A DNA stretch of 64,000 nucleotides from Phoronis australis (lineage: Eukaryota; Animalia; Phoronida): the NCBI GenBank assembly GCA_002633005.1, contig NMRA01000272.1:186001-250000 (forward strand), read 5' to 3'. The position numbers and the translations under genes were made by a program. Under the pieces are notes generated by a model. That model saw nothing but the letters and a program-made list of their open reading frames with translations. It had not been told where the DNA came from and ran no database searches. Shown here in pieces: positions 49,601 through 62,300 of this stretch; within the stretch, counting starts at the first letter, position 1; every line of letters begins with the position of its first letter.

Positions 49601-52600
49601 AAAAAGCTCTCTTTGTCAGTCCACATGACTTGCCTTGTGACTGAAGTTTTGTACTCAGATGAAGTTCACCTCCTAGGGGAAGTTTGAGGTTATGGAAAAA
49701 CAGAACGATAATAATAGTCCCCGTCTGTACTGCCTCCTCTTGTTGTGATTAGCAGACTGGTGACCATTAGATTAGGAATTGTTTCATTTGTATTGATTAA
49801 TAAGCAGTGTGTGTTACTTCTGTTCTTCATTTTTAACCAGCCCGTATTTCTTTTCTGGCAAATGATAAAGAACTTAAGCTCCACACACAATCATTTACAT
49901 ACCGAAACACTTTCAAAAGTAGTTATGAGTTAGGGGTCTGAACCACCTTTTGTTTGCGCCTGGATTTGAGAACCAGGCAAAAACTAACCATGCATCGGGC
50001 CAGCACAGTCAGTGTCTGGACTCTGTCTCTAATTTCAGATAGGGCCCTTCTATACTGTATTAATGTTTCATGCTTGGTGGATACCGAACTCATCAGGTTA
50101 TCACGCAAAAAACACAGTGCTTGACAGATATTGCAGCATTGTGGGTAATAAAGTATAGCAATATTCGAGTGTTACTGTGTTATATGGGACTGTCTTGTCT
50201 AAGAGCTGCGGATGTTAACCCGTACGAATAGAGTATTTAATGAAGATCCACTAGTAGCTTGTGAAATTTCGTTGTTTCAGTGAATTTCTGACGGGCTTTA
50301 AAAAGCGAAAAGATGAACGGCGGCGAAAGGCACAGTTGCAAGCTGCTGTAAAGCTGAAAGAGGAACAAAAGCAAATGAAAGAAAAGGTACAAGTTTTCTG
50401 CACTGTGTAATTATAGTTAAATCTCACCAAATTATGACTCAGTATGGTGGACGAGAGAAGTTTTGTTTTTTCATCTTTTCTTATAAGATGTCAGTGCCAT
50501 AAAGTCAGGGCTTTTACCGTGTTGTGGCTACTGTCAGAAAATGTTTCCAAAAATAGTGGGCATTCACAACGGTGTTTTAACACTGTCTTTTAAAAAATAC
50601 CAGGAAAGACGGAAAAAGGTACTTTTGTCTTAGACTGGCAAAATTTTAGCTTACCCTAAGATTTCAATATACCACAAACTATTCCTGACTTAAGTGTATT
50701 TGATTCATGGTTGCTTGGGTCAGTCTGTGGATGAGTGATGTTGAGATTTTATGTATGAATGCATACAGACAATTATCAGTTCTTAGCAGGCTAAGTGGTT
50801 ACATTTACATGGAGTAACGTATAGCTATTAAGAAGTCAAATTTCTTTTGTCAAATTCTGACTATAATTCATGTTAGTGGTGTTTTGTGAGCAGGACTGTC
50901 ACCAAAAGGCTTGAAAGGTTCAGTTATAGAGCCTTGGACAATCTTAATGACTGTACTAGCTTGTATTCTGACTTGTTGAGTAGAGCAAATCTACAAACAC
51001 TTTGAAGTTGATATAGGTCACGAACTTGTGTTGGAGGTCTTTAAAAACTTTGTGACCTCTTGTGTGGTGATGGAATGCTCTCTTTTGACTTCAGTGACAA
51101 TGGATAGAATTGATGTGCCGAGCATAGCCTCATTGTGCTGAAGGTCAATTCAATACAAAGGCCCCTGCAGACCTTAGTCTGTGTGCCGAACCAAATGTCT
51201 TCAAGCCTCTGCTGTGGGACCCCACTGTATTTTAGATTGGTTTTCACTTAACTACTTGTTTTGTTCAATAATTTGTTTTGTCCATCCATATTTTGAAGTG
51301 AGGGAAACGAACCCATGGGTCTTGTTCACTGATTTTAAAACTGACTTTAACAATAACTTGGCTCTACTCTTCAATTCTCCATGAAATCATCATCTCTGGA
51401 ATATCATTGTTGAGTTGTAAATAATAATATGGAGGTGCCACAATCTTAGAATGGGCTATTTACTAATAAGCTATATTAAGCTTCAGTTTAAAAATACACT
51501 GTTTGACCTTTTCCACTTTTACTTATTTTGTGAGGTACTAATTATTCAACTTTTACCTCTGTGTCATGCCATTTTTGTTTGACCCGGTTTCTTTTTCAGC
51601 ACCAAAACATGTTGAAAAAGGCCCAAATGAGAATGCAAAAAGAAGCCAAGGATGTTGAAGCTATCTTACAATCCAGCACAATTACATCTGAAGATCATAC
51701 TGTGACTGTTACATATTTAGGAGATGGCTTGATGGCTCAAAACAAGTTACTTCTTGGAAAAAACCAGGTTAGTTTGTTCAGGCTGCCGCACACAACATGA
51801 TGCAACTTATCTCAACTCGAGTTAACAAAGCAATATTATCCTGTCACACATTAGATATGAATAGGGCCCTAGAAAAATGTCAAAATAAGGTCGAAATTGA
51901 ACACCCTAGAGGCAAACAATTCATATTTGGAGGTAAATTTACACGCAAGTCATTATATACCTCATTGATTGCACTCCGTCCTCATCCCTGATACACATGT
52001 GAGACTGACTGTCCTCTTCTCAAGAGTCTTATTGGACACTGTAAATTATCTGGTGGCAGAACATTTCACTCATCCACGGCCAAACAAAGCAGAGATGACC
52101 TCATGGTCTGTGTACTTATGGGGAATCTCGAAAACAGCCTTTTTTTTCAACACCAGCAAGAATGGCAGTTTTAATAACGACATGCGCCACATGAGCCACT
52201 ACCTTTAATCATTCGCAATTCCTCTCCCTTTTTCATTTTCTCATCACCTTCATAGTTTTGAACAGTTTGGTACAAGTAAGCCTTTTGCACCACTAATGAA
52301 GAGTCACACCAATAAGGCTGGAAAGCTTGTGTTTTTTAAGTAATATTTTTACCGAATTTTAAGGTGTTTTACCTGTTTCTACATTTTCAAAGTTTGACTA
52401 ACTTCAGAAAATATATATCTCAAAAATGACAGGTCAGATTCATATGAAACTGCCGCTTACTAACGTACTACAAAACCCATCAAGAATTGTTTTCAAAATG
52501 TTCCACTTTGAGGAGCTGTCAAAACTAGGTCTTCATGATTTTTTTAAAGAACCCAGAAATTGCATAAAAATAAAATAAAATGATGCTTTGGAAATTTGTA

Positions 52601-55411
52601 ACACGGTTTTAAGGATTCATCTTGATGATTAACATCAAAAGAAATATGGCCCTGTTGTTGATAAAGTTCTTTTGTTGTGGTGACGTTACCCAATAATGAC
52701 AGATTGGTAAACGGGCTTTCTACTTCGGAAATTATATACTTCTAATGGGTTAAAATCTATAATTTTAAGGATGTTTGGCTAAATACAATGACTTCTCAAT
52801 ATATAGCTTTGTATCTGCTATAAAGATGAATTTCATCAAAGAAAGTAAAGTCAATTTAGTAATAATAAACGTATTGATCGGGTCTAAAAAACAACACACT
52901 GACCTCCAAAAAAGTTCCTAATTATGCCATTAGATTGATATTAAAGCATGAGATTCATATTGCCAAAGACACTGTTTCCAAAACTAGCATTGAAACTTCC
53001 AGCATTTTCATTGTTGTGCTTAAAAGAACTTGATCTTGCATGATGGTCCACCACTGTCAAAAATTGGTGAGCACATTGTTCTTAAGTTTCAGTACTATGT
53101 AAAGATATTGATTGGACCGTAGCTAAATGAAAAAACCCAAAGCCCAGTACACAAGTCCACAGTTTCGTCCACCGTTTTGAATATTTAATTAAGTAGAGTA
53201 AGCAAATCAATTTATTTTTCCCGTTTCCCATGTAAGTGGGCAGGAGAGGTCTGTAGGACCAATTTTTTCGAAAGCTATCAACTGTATTTTCAAAAAGACA
53301 CAATGATGTCATTCACACCATTTTCGGGATTGTTGCAAACTCCTTTTCCTTCCTGAAAACCTCCTGGGTTCAGTTTTGGAGCGCATTGTAAGATACCAAT
53401 GTTGTTATTGAAAATTTGTCATTTGCAAGGTTTGCACAAAGTCTATCCCTGGGTTAGTATTTATACTGTTAATTCGCTTTCGATACAAAGTTAAAACAAA
53501 TTTTTTAATCATTTCATTGAATATAAGCCTTAGTACCATTTCCCTCATAAATTATTATTGTCACTAATCATCCCGCCATCAGTTGACTGCTAAAGTCGAG
53601 ATGTAAGAGATCATAGTTTACTAAGTCCCTGTGCCTTAACAACCGCAGCATTCATGTACATTGCATAATTTTTATGCACCCACATATTTACATGTGGACG
53701 CATTATGCCGTCATCTCTGTCCGTCTGTCTGTCGGTTCGGCGTCCGTCTGTCCGGCGTCTGCTGCTCTATCTCCAAAACCCTTTGATGTACATTCATGAA
53801 ATTTTGCACGTGTTCCTATCATAGATGGGACGGCATGAGCGAACTTTCGGACGGATCCGACTACCAGTGTGCCCCCTAGTGGCAATTTAAGCTTTTTACG
53901 CTTACATCTAGATCTTCAAAGGTCCTTAGCGTATTTTCATAAACGTGGGCATATAGGCATGTATTAGTGAGATGACGCTATCCTCCCGTTTTCGGATGGA
54001 TTCGACTTAGTTTGCACCACCTAGTGGCCATTTTTGCTGTTTTCGAGTCTGTTATTTGGCGTTCACCCCTCTATCAACCAAACCGCTTTAAGGATGATTG
54101 TGGAAATTGGCATGTATGTTTTTTATTATTATTTTCCGATGATTTTGACTACTGTGGCACCTCCTAGTGGCAGTTTTTTTTGCGCCCATGGCTGTGTCTC
54201 CTATACCGTTTACAGCATCTTTGCTAAATTTAGATAGTGTATTTATATGATGTTGACAACGGATGACAACAACTTTCGGACGGATCTGATGACCAGTGTG
54301 CCCCCTAGTGGCAATTTTCATTTTTTAGGCTTACCTCTGTATCTTCAAAGGTCCTCAACGGATTATCAGAAACTTTGGAATATAGACATTTATTGGTGAG
54401 ATGCTATCCTCCTGCTTTCCGATGGAATTATGGTACTTTGTGCCACCTAGTGGCCATTTTTCCTGTTTTCGAGTCTTGTTTTGTGGCGTCCACCCCTCGA
54501 TTAACCGATTGAAAATTGGTGTATATTTTCTCAGTGTGAAGAGGATGGTTGACAAGAACGAATTCGACTACTGTGGCACCTCCTAGTGGTAGTTTTGTTT
54601 TGTTCTGTGCCCATAGCTGTATCTCTTAAACTCACTGCTGGATCTTTATTAAATTTAGTAATTGTATTTATATGAAGCAAACAACAGACGCGTTTTTCAG
54701 GCGGATCCAATGAACACTGTGCCCCATATTGGCAATTTCATTTTCTCTGTTTTTCCTTTGTTTCTCTGAAGATCCTAGACAGAGTTTTATGAAATTTGGT
54801 AAATAACTTTCTATTAAAGAAGCGATGGCATGTTCCCATTTTCAGATCGATTGGAAGTTTTTTTTTTCACCATGTAGTGACTATTTTTATGAAACAAATA
54901 AACAACCCTAGAAGTACTCCGTTTGCGGTGCATTCGTGGGCACATTTCAATGCTCTGCGTTGCTCTTGTATTATCAAGAGCTGTTTTCACCAATTACTTG
55001 GTATTTGAAGAGAAATCTGCATTTCATAGTTGGGTTCTGGTAGAGCACAATGTAAAATTAGCTTGTTTCATTTTCTTAGTTCCCCTCCATACCAATGCTC
55101 ATGTGGTACGCAAACGCAACTTTAAACTGTGATTTCGTGCATTTAGTAAAAGTAATGCTTGAAACTTCAGAATGTTTTTAGAAATATGTTTTTCTTTACA
55201 GCTTAACATTGAAACAGAGGCGAAACAATCAACAGAAAATGACAAAAAAGAGAATTCCTCTAAAGATGAGACAAAGCTACCAAAGACTCATAAACTCACA
55301 AAAAGGAACAAACTTGTAGCAAAGCCATCGTACAAGAAATCAAAACACAAAAGTTTCACCCACGAGTTCAAAAGAGGTGGCCAAAAGCATAAGAAAAGCT
55401 CAAAAAAGTAA
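46606..55411 (+). CDS. NOL12: Nucleolar protein 12 (Nop25/Rrp17 family), 182 aa, 4 exons
   Basis: Exons 46606-46670, 50281-50386, 51600-51767, 55202-55411 (549 nt, phases consistent). MGKVPKNRASKKILIFDEKARHEFLTGFKKRKDERRRKA matches the Nop25 signature FDExxRxExLTGFxKRKxER; DHTVTVT motif; lysine-rich C-terminus. Confidence 0.9.
46805..47468. mobile_element. ~660-bp foldback element (arms ~300 and ~245 bp) in NOL12 intron 1
   Basis: 46805-47103 is the reverse complement of 47224-47468 apart from two indels and few substitutions; ends CGGCACTAGTCGGATA / TATCCGACTAGTGCCG; spacer rich in GAC/GAT triplets. Confidence 0.9.
48698..49017 (+). repeat. Interspersed repeat, copy 2 (copy 1 at 45920-46280)
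   Basis: Same ordered blocks as copy 1. Confidence 0.75.
53669..54969 (+). mobile_element. Helentron-associated non-autonomous element (DINE-1/HINE-like) with internal ~143-bp tandem repeats
   Basis: Starts in a T run with subterminal ATGCACC (53674), complement GGTGCAT at 54927-54933, (GTCY)n microsatellite at ~53719-53760, imperfect 3' stem-loop, central tandem units; this is the known DINE-1/HINE architecture. Confidence 0.75.
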
Positions 55412-56335
55412 TTAGCCTGCATGTTTTAATTGCAATTGTTATGACTTCTGGAAGTTGGGTCACGCACATTGATCACATGTGCTAAAAACTGTCTACAGTA
55501 GGAATGCCTGGGTGTGCAGTCCGAGTTCAGGTTCCACGGCAGTTGTGCAGTTTTTGGTAAGGCTTTCCCTTTCACCTTATTTGCTATTGATCATTTTTTA
55601 CGTTGAGCATTAACGAAAAAAATTACCGCAATCTTGTTTGCTCTGGCTGGTGTTTTTAAAATACCTTGACGAGTTCTTAAAAATAATGTGACACATTTTA
55701 AATATATAATTAGTTGTACTATGTTGTTATTTTACTATATGCCAGCTGACCTCTTTAACAAGCACAGAACACTAATACCTGCTTGTGGGTATCAATTATC
55801 CATCACACAAAAACTCATCCAACTTAAGTGAGTCTCAACATTAGATTAGTTAATCAGTATTTTAATGGCCGAGAAAAATCTGTAGATGTTGTAATTAACT
55901 TGCTTTTAAAATGTAAGTGCATTTAACATCAGCAAGTTATGTGACTGAAAATAGAAAATACTGCAATGTGGTAACCTCTGTCACAGCGCCCCCTATTTGG
56001 AAATGATGATGAACAACACATGATATTCCATCTGTGGGCATCAATGTGCATGTGTTCGTTTGGACATTTGTCATATACAATGGGATGAAAATGTCTCCAA
56101 AAATATGATGAAGGATTTTGTTTTTTTGGCACCTTGTAGTCTTGTTTGTGTCGAAAACCTTAACTTGTGTGGAGTACATAGATTGGTGTGTTCTTGTTGT
56201 TGTGGCGTGCTTGGAACAAAATTTTTGGATGGAAGACATTTGCAAAAATGTTTTTGTGTAATTGATCAACATGTAGATCATTTGCATTTTCAGTTTCTAG
56301 GAAGAAACAAATAACAGCAGTTTAAGTGATGAGTT

Positions 56336-56341
56336 TTTATT
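56336..56341 (-). terminator. Candidate polyadenylation signal AATAAA of the dynein gene
   Basis: TTTATT on + strand, about 35 nt past the dynein stop codon. Confidence 0.5.
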
Positions 56342-56376
56342 CATGAGTTCATTTCATTTCAACTGTCAGGTAATTT

Positions 56377-59300
56377 CTATGTGGTGTTGCATAGGGCTGC
56401 TACTCCTCGTAGCACCCACATTCTCGGATCTGGTATCGTCTTAAGAGCCAAGCATGTAACAAACGCTATGTCAGTTCGTTTAGGCGTCTTGTATAACGGG
56501 CAGAAATAAATTGAGTGATCTGAGGAGATGGACTTATTTATTGCAATGAAATGAACGACTGGTAACTTCACGGTTGTCACTTTTGCTTGGCATTCAATAA
56601 GTCTGCTGTACTTTTTGTCCCATGCAGCTCCTTCTAAGTATAGACCATAAGCATAAACGCCCCCAGTTGGTGGCGCTTTTATGTCCTCTTTGAAAACTTT
56701 TAAAACCTCGTTATGTAATTTGACGGAATCTAATTCCCAACCTTTGTTCGCTCTTATCGCTTCCTGTCTAATTGTTGTAAGAAACGCCTGTGGGTTGAAG
56801 AATCCACTCGGCCAGAAAATAGTTGGACGGTCGTGAAAGAGCCACTTGAATAGTTGGTTGTAGCGTTCGATGAGATCCGCCATCCAAAATCCGATTGAAG
56901 AAGAATCCCAAGATATTTTCTTCCAGTTATTGGGCACACTAGCATTGCATAAGTTATCAAATGCGTCTCGCAAATTAGGATCCATAACGATGTTCCCATT
57001 TATAGCCATCTGCAGATCTGTGAGTGTCGCTTTGACTTCACTGATCAGTTTTTGCATACAGGTTATCTCTTGTTTAAGGAATATGTTGAGAGGCTGTAGT
57101 ATACCTTTTATTCGGAGGCGTTCTTTCACGTCAAATTCAACAAATTCGTTCGGCATCTTTTGCATCATTTCTTTTATATGGGCGTACACGGTGCCCTCTT
57201 TAACATCATGAAATCCTGTCTCGTATTTTGGTTGAATGCTTAAAATTGTATTCAGCACTTGTTTAGTTAACATGCGATTGCAAAATATGTCAGCGTTTTC
57301 ATGTAGGCCAACTACTTGTGGATTCTCGTAGCTTGGTAAGGTATCGATGTACTGTTCAAGTGTTGCACGAGATGCTATATTACTTGGAAGGTCATAATCC
57401 AAACAAAACTTAAACCCCTCCTTAAGGAGTTGATCACTGAACCAGATGTCAACGTAAGTCAGTAATATGCGTTTGTCAAAGTCATCCTTCATTTTGCCGC
57501 CGAAGTGAATGTGACCAATCATATAGCGAATTGTTTCCCACGAAACGCTTCTTCGAGGTTCGATATCGTCGAGGTGATTTTTCAAGAACATAACGGTGGT
57601 TGTCCAGTCCGCGTTACTGAATTCATACGGTATGCTCCAGCCTAGTGTACCGAACGTGCATCTCTTTTGCACAGCACTGTGTAAGAAAGATACCGCGTAC
57701 AACAGCGGTTTCCAAGAGGGCAAGTCACTAAATTGTAGCAAATCGTCTCCAATGTTAGCCACTGCTCGCTTAAGGCCTTCACGCATCTTATACGGGTGCT
57801 CGTTTGTGAATTTTATGCTGCATTGTAGTAGGTTTCTTGAAAACTGCACGTGTTCGTGAGTTGTCATCCATACACGAAAGGAGTTATGAATTGATTCTTC
57901 TTCACTAATGAGGTCATACAACTCATCCATGAAACTTAGTCCCAAGTGGCAATTTTGTAGGAGCACCCATCCACCATTCAACATGTGAGATTTGATTAGT
58001 GCGCGCGCATGTGTCTCCTGACCTTGCCCCATCGAAACAGTCTTACACTCAACATTAAGTCGCTTTGAGAGTGTCTCAATCTGACTCGTTGGGTCTGAGC
58101 CAGTAGATAATAGGCAAAGCAGCGGGGTGTTCTTGTCGCTTTCCTTCCATGTGTCCATAAGATCCAACGTGACTGGTTCTGCATAGCGTTCTCCTAAACA
58201 CGAGCTTACATATATTCTTGCTTGAGCTAAACACCTCTCTGGACATAAACATCTTATTAACAGAAGTTTCGAAAAGTCATTTAAATAGTCAAATTCGTTT
58301 GGAATGACTTCCGTTTCGGGTGTTGGTTTTGATACCCAATCCTTCCACAGTTTGTCGTGCTTTTCAATTGCCTCGAGTATTCCCGAAAACCTCCGTGTGG
58401 AACTGAGCATGGTCAGATTAAGCCAAGCTTCATCTTCAATCCATCTGCACACGCAAGGTTTAGTTGCAACTTTATTTACATTCAAACTAGCACCTCCATA
58501 AATCATGATATCCAAGTCTTCTTTTGATATCATACTGCGGGTCATATCCAATTTCACTGCTAATAAAAACATGAACACGAACTTGTCAACTTCGTAAAGA
58601 CCCCTGCAAGTGTATCGAAACGCCGCAAACGTCATATATTCTGATATGTTAATTACCCTCTGGTGGGTGATGGGAGTTTTCCTGGACTGACTCAAAGACC
58701 TGTCAAATAGCTGAAGGAACTGATATATAGACGTCTGATACATAACATTAACTGCACCCATTTCACATATGAGGAAATAGAGTAAACTACCACGTTCTGC
58801 CACTGGTCGGAACTGTTCCCGGGCTTTGTTTATGTTAGCTGTTGTTATTTCTGATTTGTTAAGTTTTTCACCGATATCTGTTGCTGTTGTCCTTGTCTTT
58901 TGTAACACTAGCGCCAGTGTTTCGTCCTCAATTAGGGAACCTTCAGTGCTAGTTAAACGCAACAATAAATCGTCTTCCAGTTGCTTTATTTTTCTTTTGT
59001 TTCTTGCTACGTTTTCCATAAGCGCAACTTTTGTCATTTCAAGGTCCCTTTTTTCCGTTTTCATTAGTCTTGCTAGAAGCTGTTCCTCCAATCCTTTTTG
59101 TGTCACGGTAAAGTCTACTATGGAGGTACTGGCACAAACTTTTGGATCAAAGTTCGGGTTAGGGAGGGTTGTTGTCAAATACAAATAAAACCCTGGCATG
59201 GCATCACAATACTTGTCTTCAATCTGAACTTTTTTGACAAGTCCACAATCCACAAACTGCTTTTGTAAAACTCTCGAAAAAATACTGTCAATTTCTTCCG

Positions 59301-62300
59301 ATACGTTTTCGACTAAAAGTGGCCGTCCGAATGCCAGAGATTCTTCCAAGTGATTTTTTAAATATCTGTGAGTAACGGAGCTGATTTGGATGTCTCGTGT
59401 GCTTTCCATTTTCTTTATCCAGCTCTTTGCCTGACCTTGTGGATCGATAATGAGAGGATATTTGTATGATTTAGTGGCAATCACGGCATTCTGAATTGAA
59501 TGGTCATCGTTGGGAAGACCTTGAACATGCCACTCGATGGCTTTACACATGTCAATAAAGAAGCCCTCGGTATTAATATTTTCAGTATGATCTATCTCAA
59601 AGCGACATATTTTCTCCATCCAATGGGAATGCAAAAGTGTTCGGAATACTCGATTGAACGGGCCTGCGTAGGTAATAAATGTTGTAGCCAAAGCTGTGTC
59701 ACCCACTAAGTTCTGTATCATTATGTGAAATTTTTGGCTAAGCTCTGTCCATCTCTCCCTTTCACCATAGAGGCCTTCGATTAGCATGGATGATGTTTGC
59801 GATTTTTGTTTACAAACTTCTGCCTCGTGTTGCAAAACCTGCTTTTCCTTGTCAGCATCGGCATACTGTTGTTTAGCAGATGCCAACTGTTTTTCTGTCT
59901 CTTCCAATTTCTTTTGGCATTCATTCAATTCCAATTCTGCTGAGATGAACTTCTGTTGCAAAACTAAAAGGTTGGACTTAAGTGGCAACACTTCTTTGTT
60001 CATAGCGTAAAATCCCGCCATTGCCACTGTCCAAGAAAGTAATCCTGCTACATCACCGCAAACTTTTTTTGCATGCGCAAAGTTGTAATCTTTCATGTCC
60101 ATGTATGGGGACATCAACTCGACAATTTCGTCATTAATCTGATCCCTGGGGAAATTAACTAAACTCGCTAGAAAACCAGTATTGCTTATCATCTTTAAAG
60201 ACTCGGTCCATGAAGGTTTAGGGCACGGCTTTTCAGGATCCATAGTAACTGGGTCAATTTTTTTCTGAAACAGCAACAAAGTACAGTCCATAATGCGCAT
60301 TATCAGATGTGGGGGTTTGGGTAACTTCTTCACCGTGGCAATGTGTATGGGCTTTATTGTCCGTAGTGCGTTTTCTGCTGCGTCTATACTAGGTTGAGCT
60401 GCTACCAACTTCTCTTCTGCTCCGCTTTTCTCCGTTACGATTGCGTCAACAATACTCTGAGCTTTGTCTTTCACGTGTTGAACTGTTATTTTCACTCGTT
60501 CTGCTTCCTTTGCGCTCGACGTCATTACCTTAAGAACATAATCTGCCCTTAAATTTGCCTTTAAAAGTTCTCTTTCTTTGATTTCTAACTCTTTTGACAG
60601 TAAATCGAGCGCAACTGTTGATTCATTTAATTTTTGTAATCCAGAATTCACACGAACTAGAGAATCGTTGAGTTCATGGTATTTGGCTTTGTGCAACCTT
60701 TTATATTCTTTAAGAGACGTCAGAAATGTTTGTGGGGTGAACCTTGTGTGTCGGCGAAATTTTGCCAAGTAATCCTGGCTGAACCCGTACATGTCCTCAA
60801 AGGCTTCACTCATAAATGTTTCCAAACCAGGTTTAATTTTGTGTACATCGTAGCTTTTTAGGAAAGTGGTGGCAACATCAATCAGACCTTCCCTAGGCCA
60901 TCGGTTATACCAATCTACCGTGCACCCCGAGAACAGTTTTGGAAACTTCAATATTCGTCTTCTTAACGTGTCTCCAATAGGCGAAAATGCGAGAACTATG
61001 TGAAGATTGTTACGTACTCGACTTAAGAACGTGTCGTAAATTTGTTGGTCTCCCAACTGATCTTCAGCGAGCTCTTGACCTTTCATTAAACGTTCCTTCT
61101 TGGTTATCTTTACAAAGTCGTCAATAATACATTCTCGTTCTGTAAATGTAAAGAGACTCGGAACTTCACCTGTGCCAAGCATGTTATTAAAATATTCGAG
61201 AAAAGACTCGTCTTTGGTATCGTTCTCCGAGAAAAAGAAGGTCACGCCTGTGTTATGCAATCCAGCAATCCTGTATAAATTTTTTAGGTCTTCGGCAAAG
61301 GAATCGGAATTGTAGGTGTTCGTCAACTCTATCTGAAAGAAATCATAACCTGCAATGAAGGAAGCAAGTTTGGCTACGTGCTGTTTTCCTGAACCCTCTA
61401 TTCCGATCAATAGGGCCGATCCTCTGTTGATATGCAAAATCCGTGACATTCTGGCAACGTGTTTTGCGCAATCTGAAAACACAATCATGTCGAACTGGGG
61501 GTTGAAGTTTGCGTACATTTGAACATATTCTTTCAGCTTTTCAACGATCGTATCTATAGTCCTAGGTGAGTACAGGTTATGGTTACTCATGAAATCAACG
61601 AAGTATTCGCTGGAACTAGTTATTTCCAATGACGTTCCAAGTTCAGTATTTAAAATTTGGTCCATTGTACTGTCAAACCATTCCATATCGGAATTGTTGA
61701 TAAACCTGTCACTAAGCACTCGATTGCATTCATGTCTCCAAAGTTTGAGTAGTGCAACCACGTCTTGGCACTGGGAAGGGTGTACCTGTAGGATTCCTTC
61801 CCATATTCGTGACAAATCTCTCAGGTTGAACACGTAATGAAACTTAATTGGAGTTGGTGACATGTGCTGCTTAGTCATTTCCTGCAACCTTCTAGTAGAT
61901 TTGACAAGTCGTGGTATAATCTGGCATACACTTTCATTGAACAATGTTCTGCGAAAATATCCTGTTGCTATTATCCTAAACAGTCTGTCAATGGATTCAG
62001 CTGAAGGCATTGTGCAGTTGAATAGTGAAAAATGTCTTTTTAATCGCTGTGGTATATCATTTCGTCCACCACCAGGTTGTATCATGGCTGCCACAATTTG
62101 AACGTCAACGATATTCATAAAGTCTCCTGGCCTTCGTAAATTGTAGAAACCGTTATCTTCAATTGTTTGGCGTAACAGTTCGTTTGTTATCTGGTCTCCG
62201 TTCTCGTCTATAGCCGGCATGCTGAGGTCATCAACAAATAAGACGAGCTTACGGGAACCTGGTGGTCCGTAGGTATTACCAATTCGTTTTTCGACATAAT

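Noticed and set aside
52320-53450. Probable DNA-transposon remnants in NOL12 intron 3
   Set aside because: No matching termini or coding motifs that I could support.
53869-54733. Regularly spaced conserved motif resembling a repeat-spacer array
   Set aside because: The intervening sequences are homologous to each other (tandem monomers in a HINE-like element), not unique spacers.
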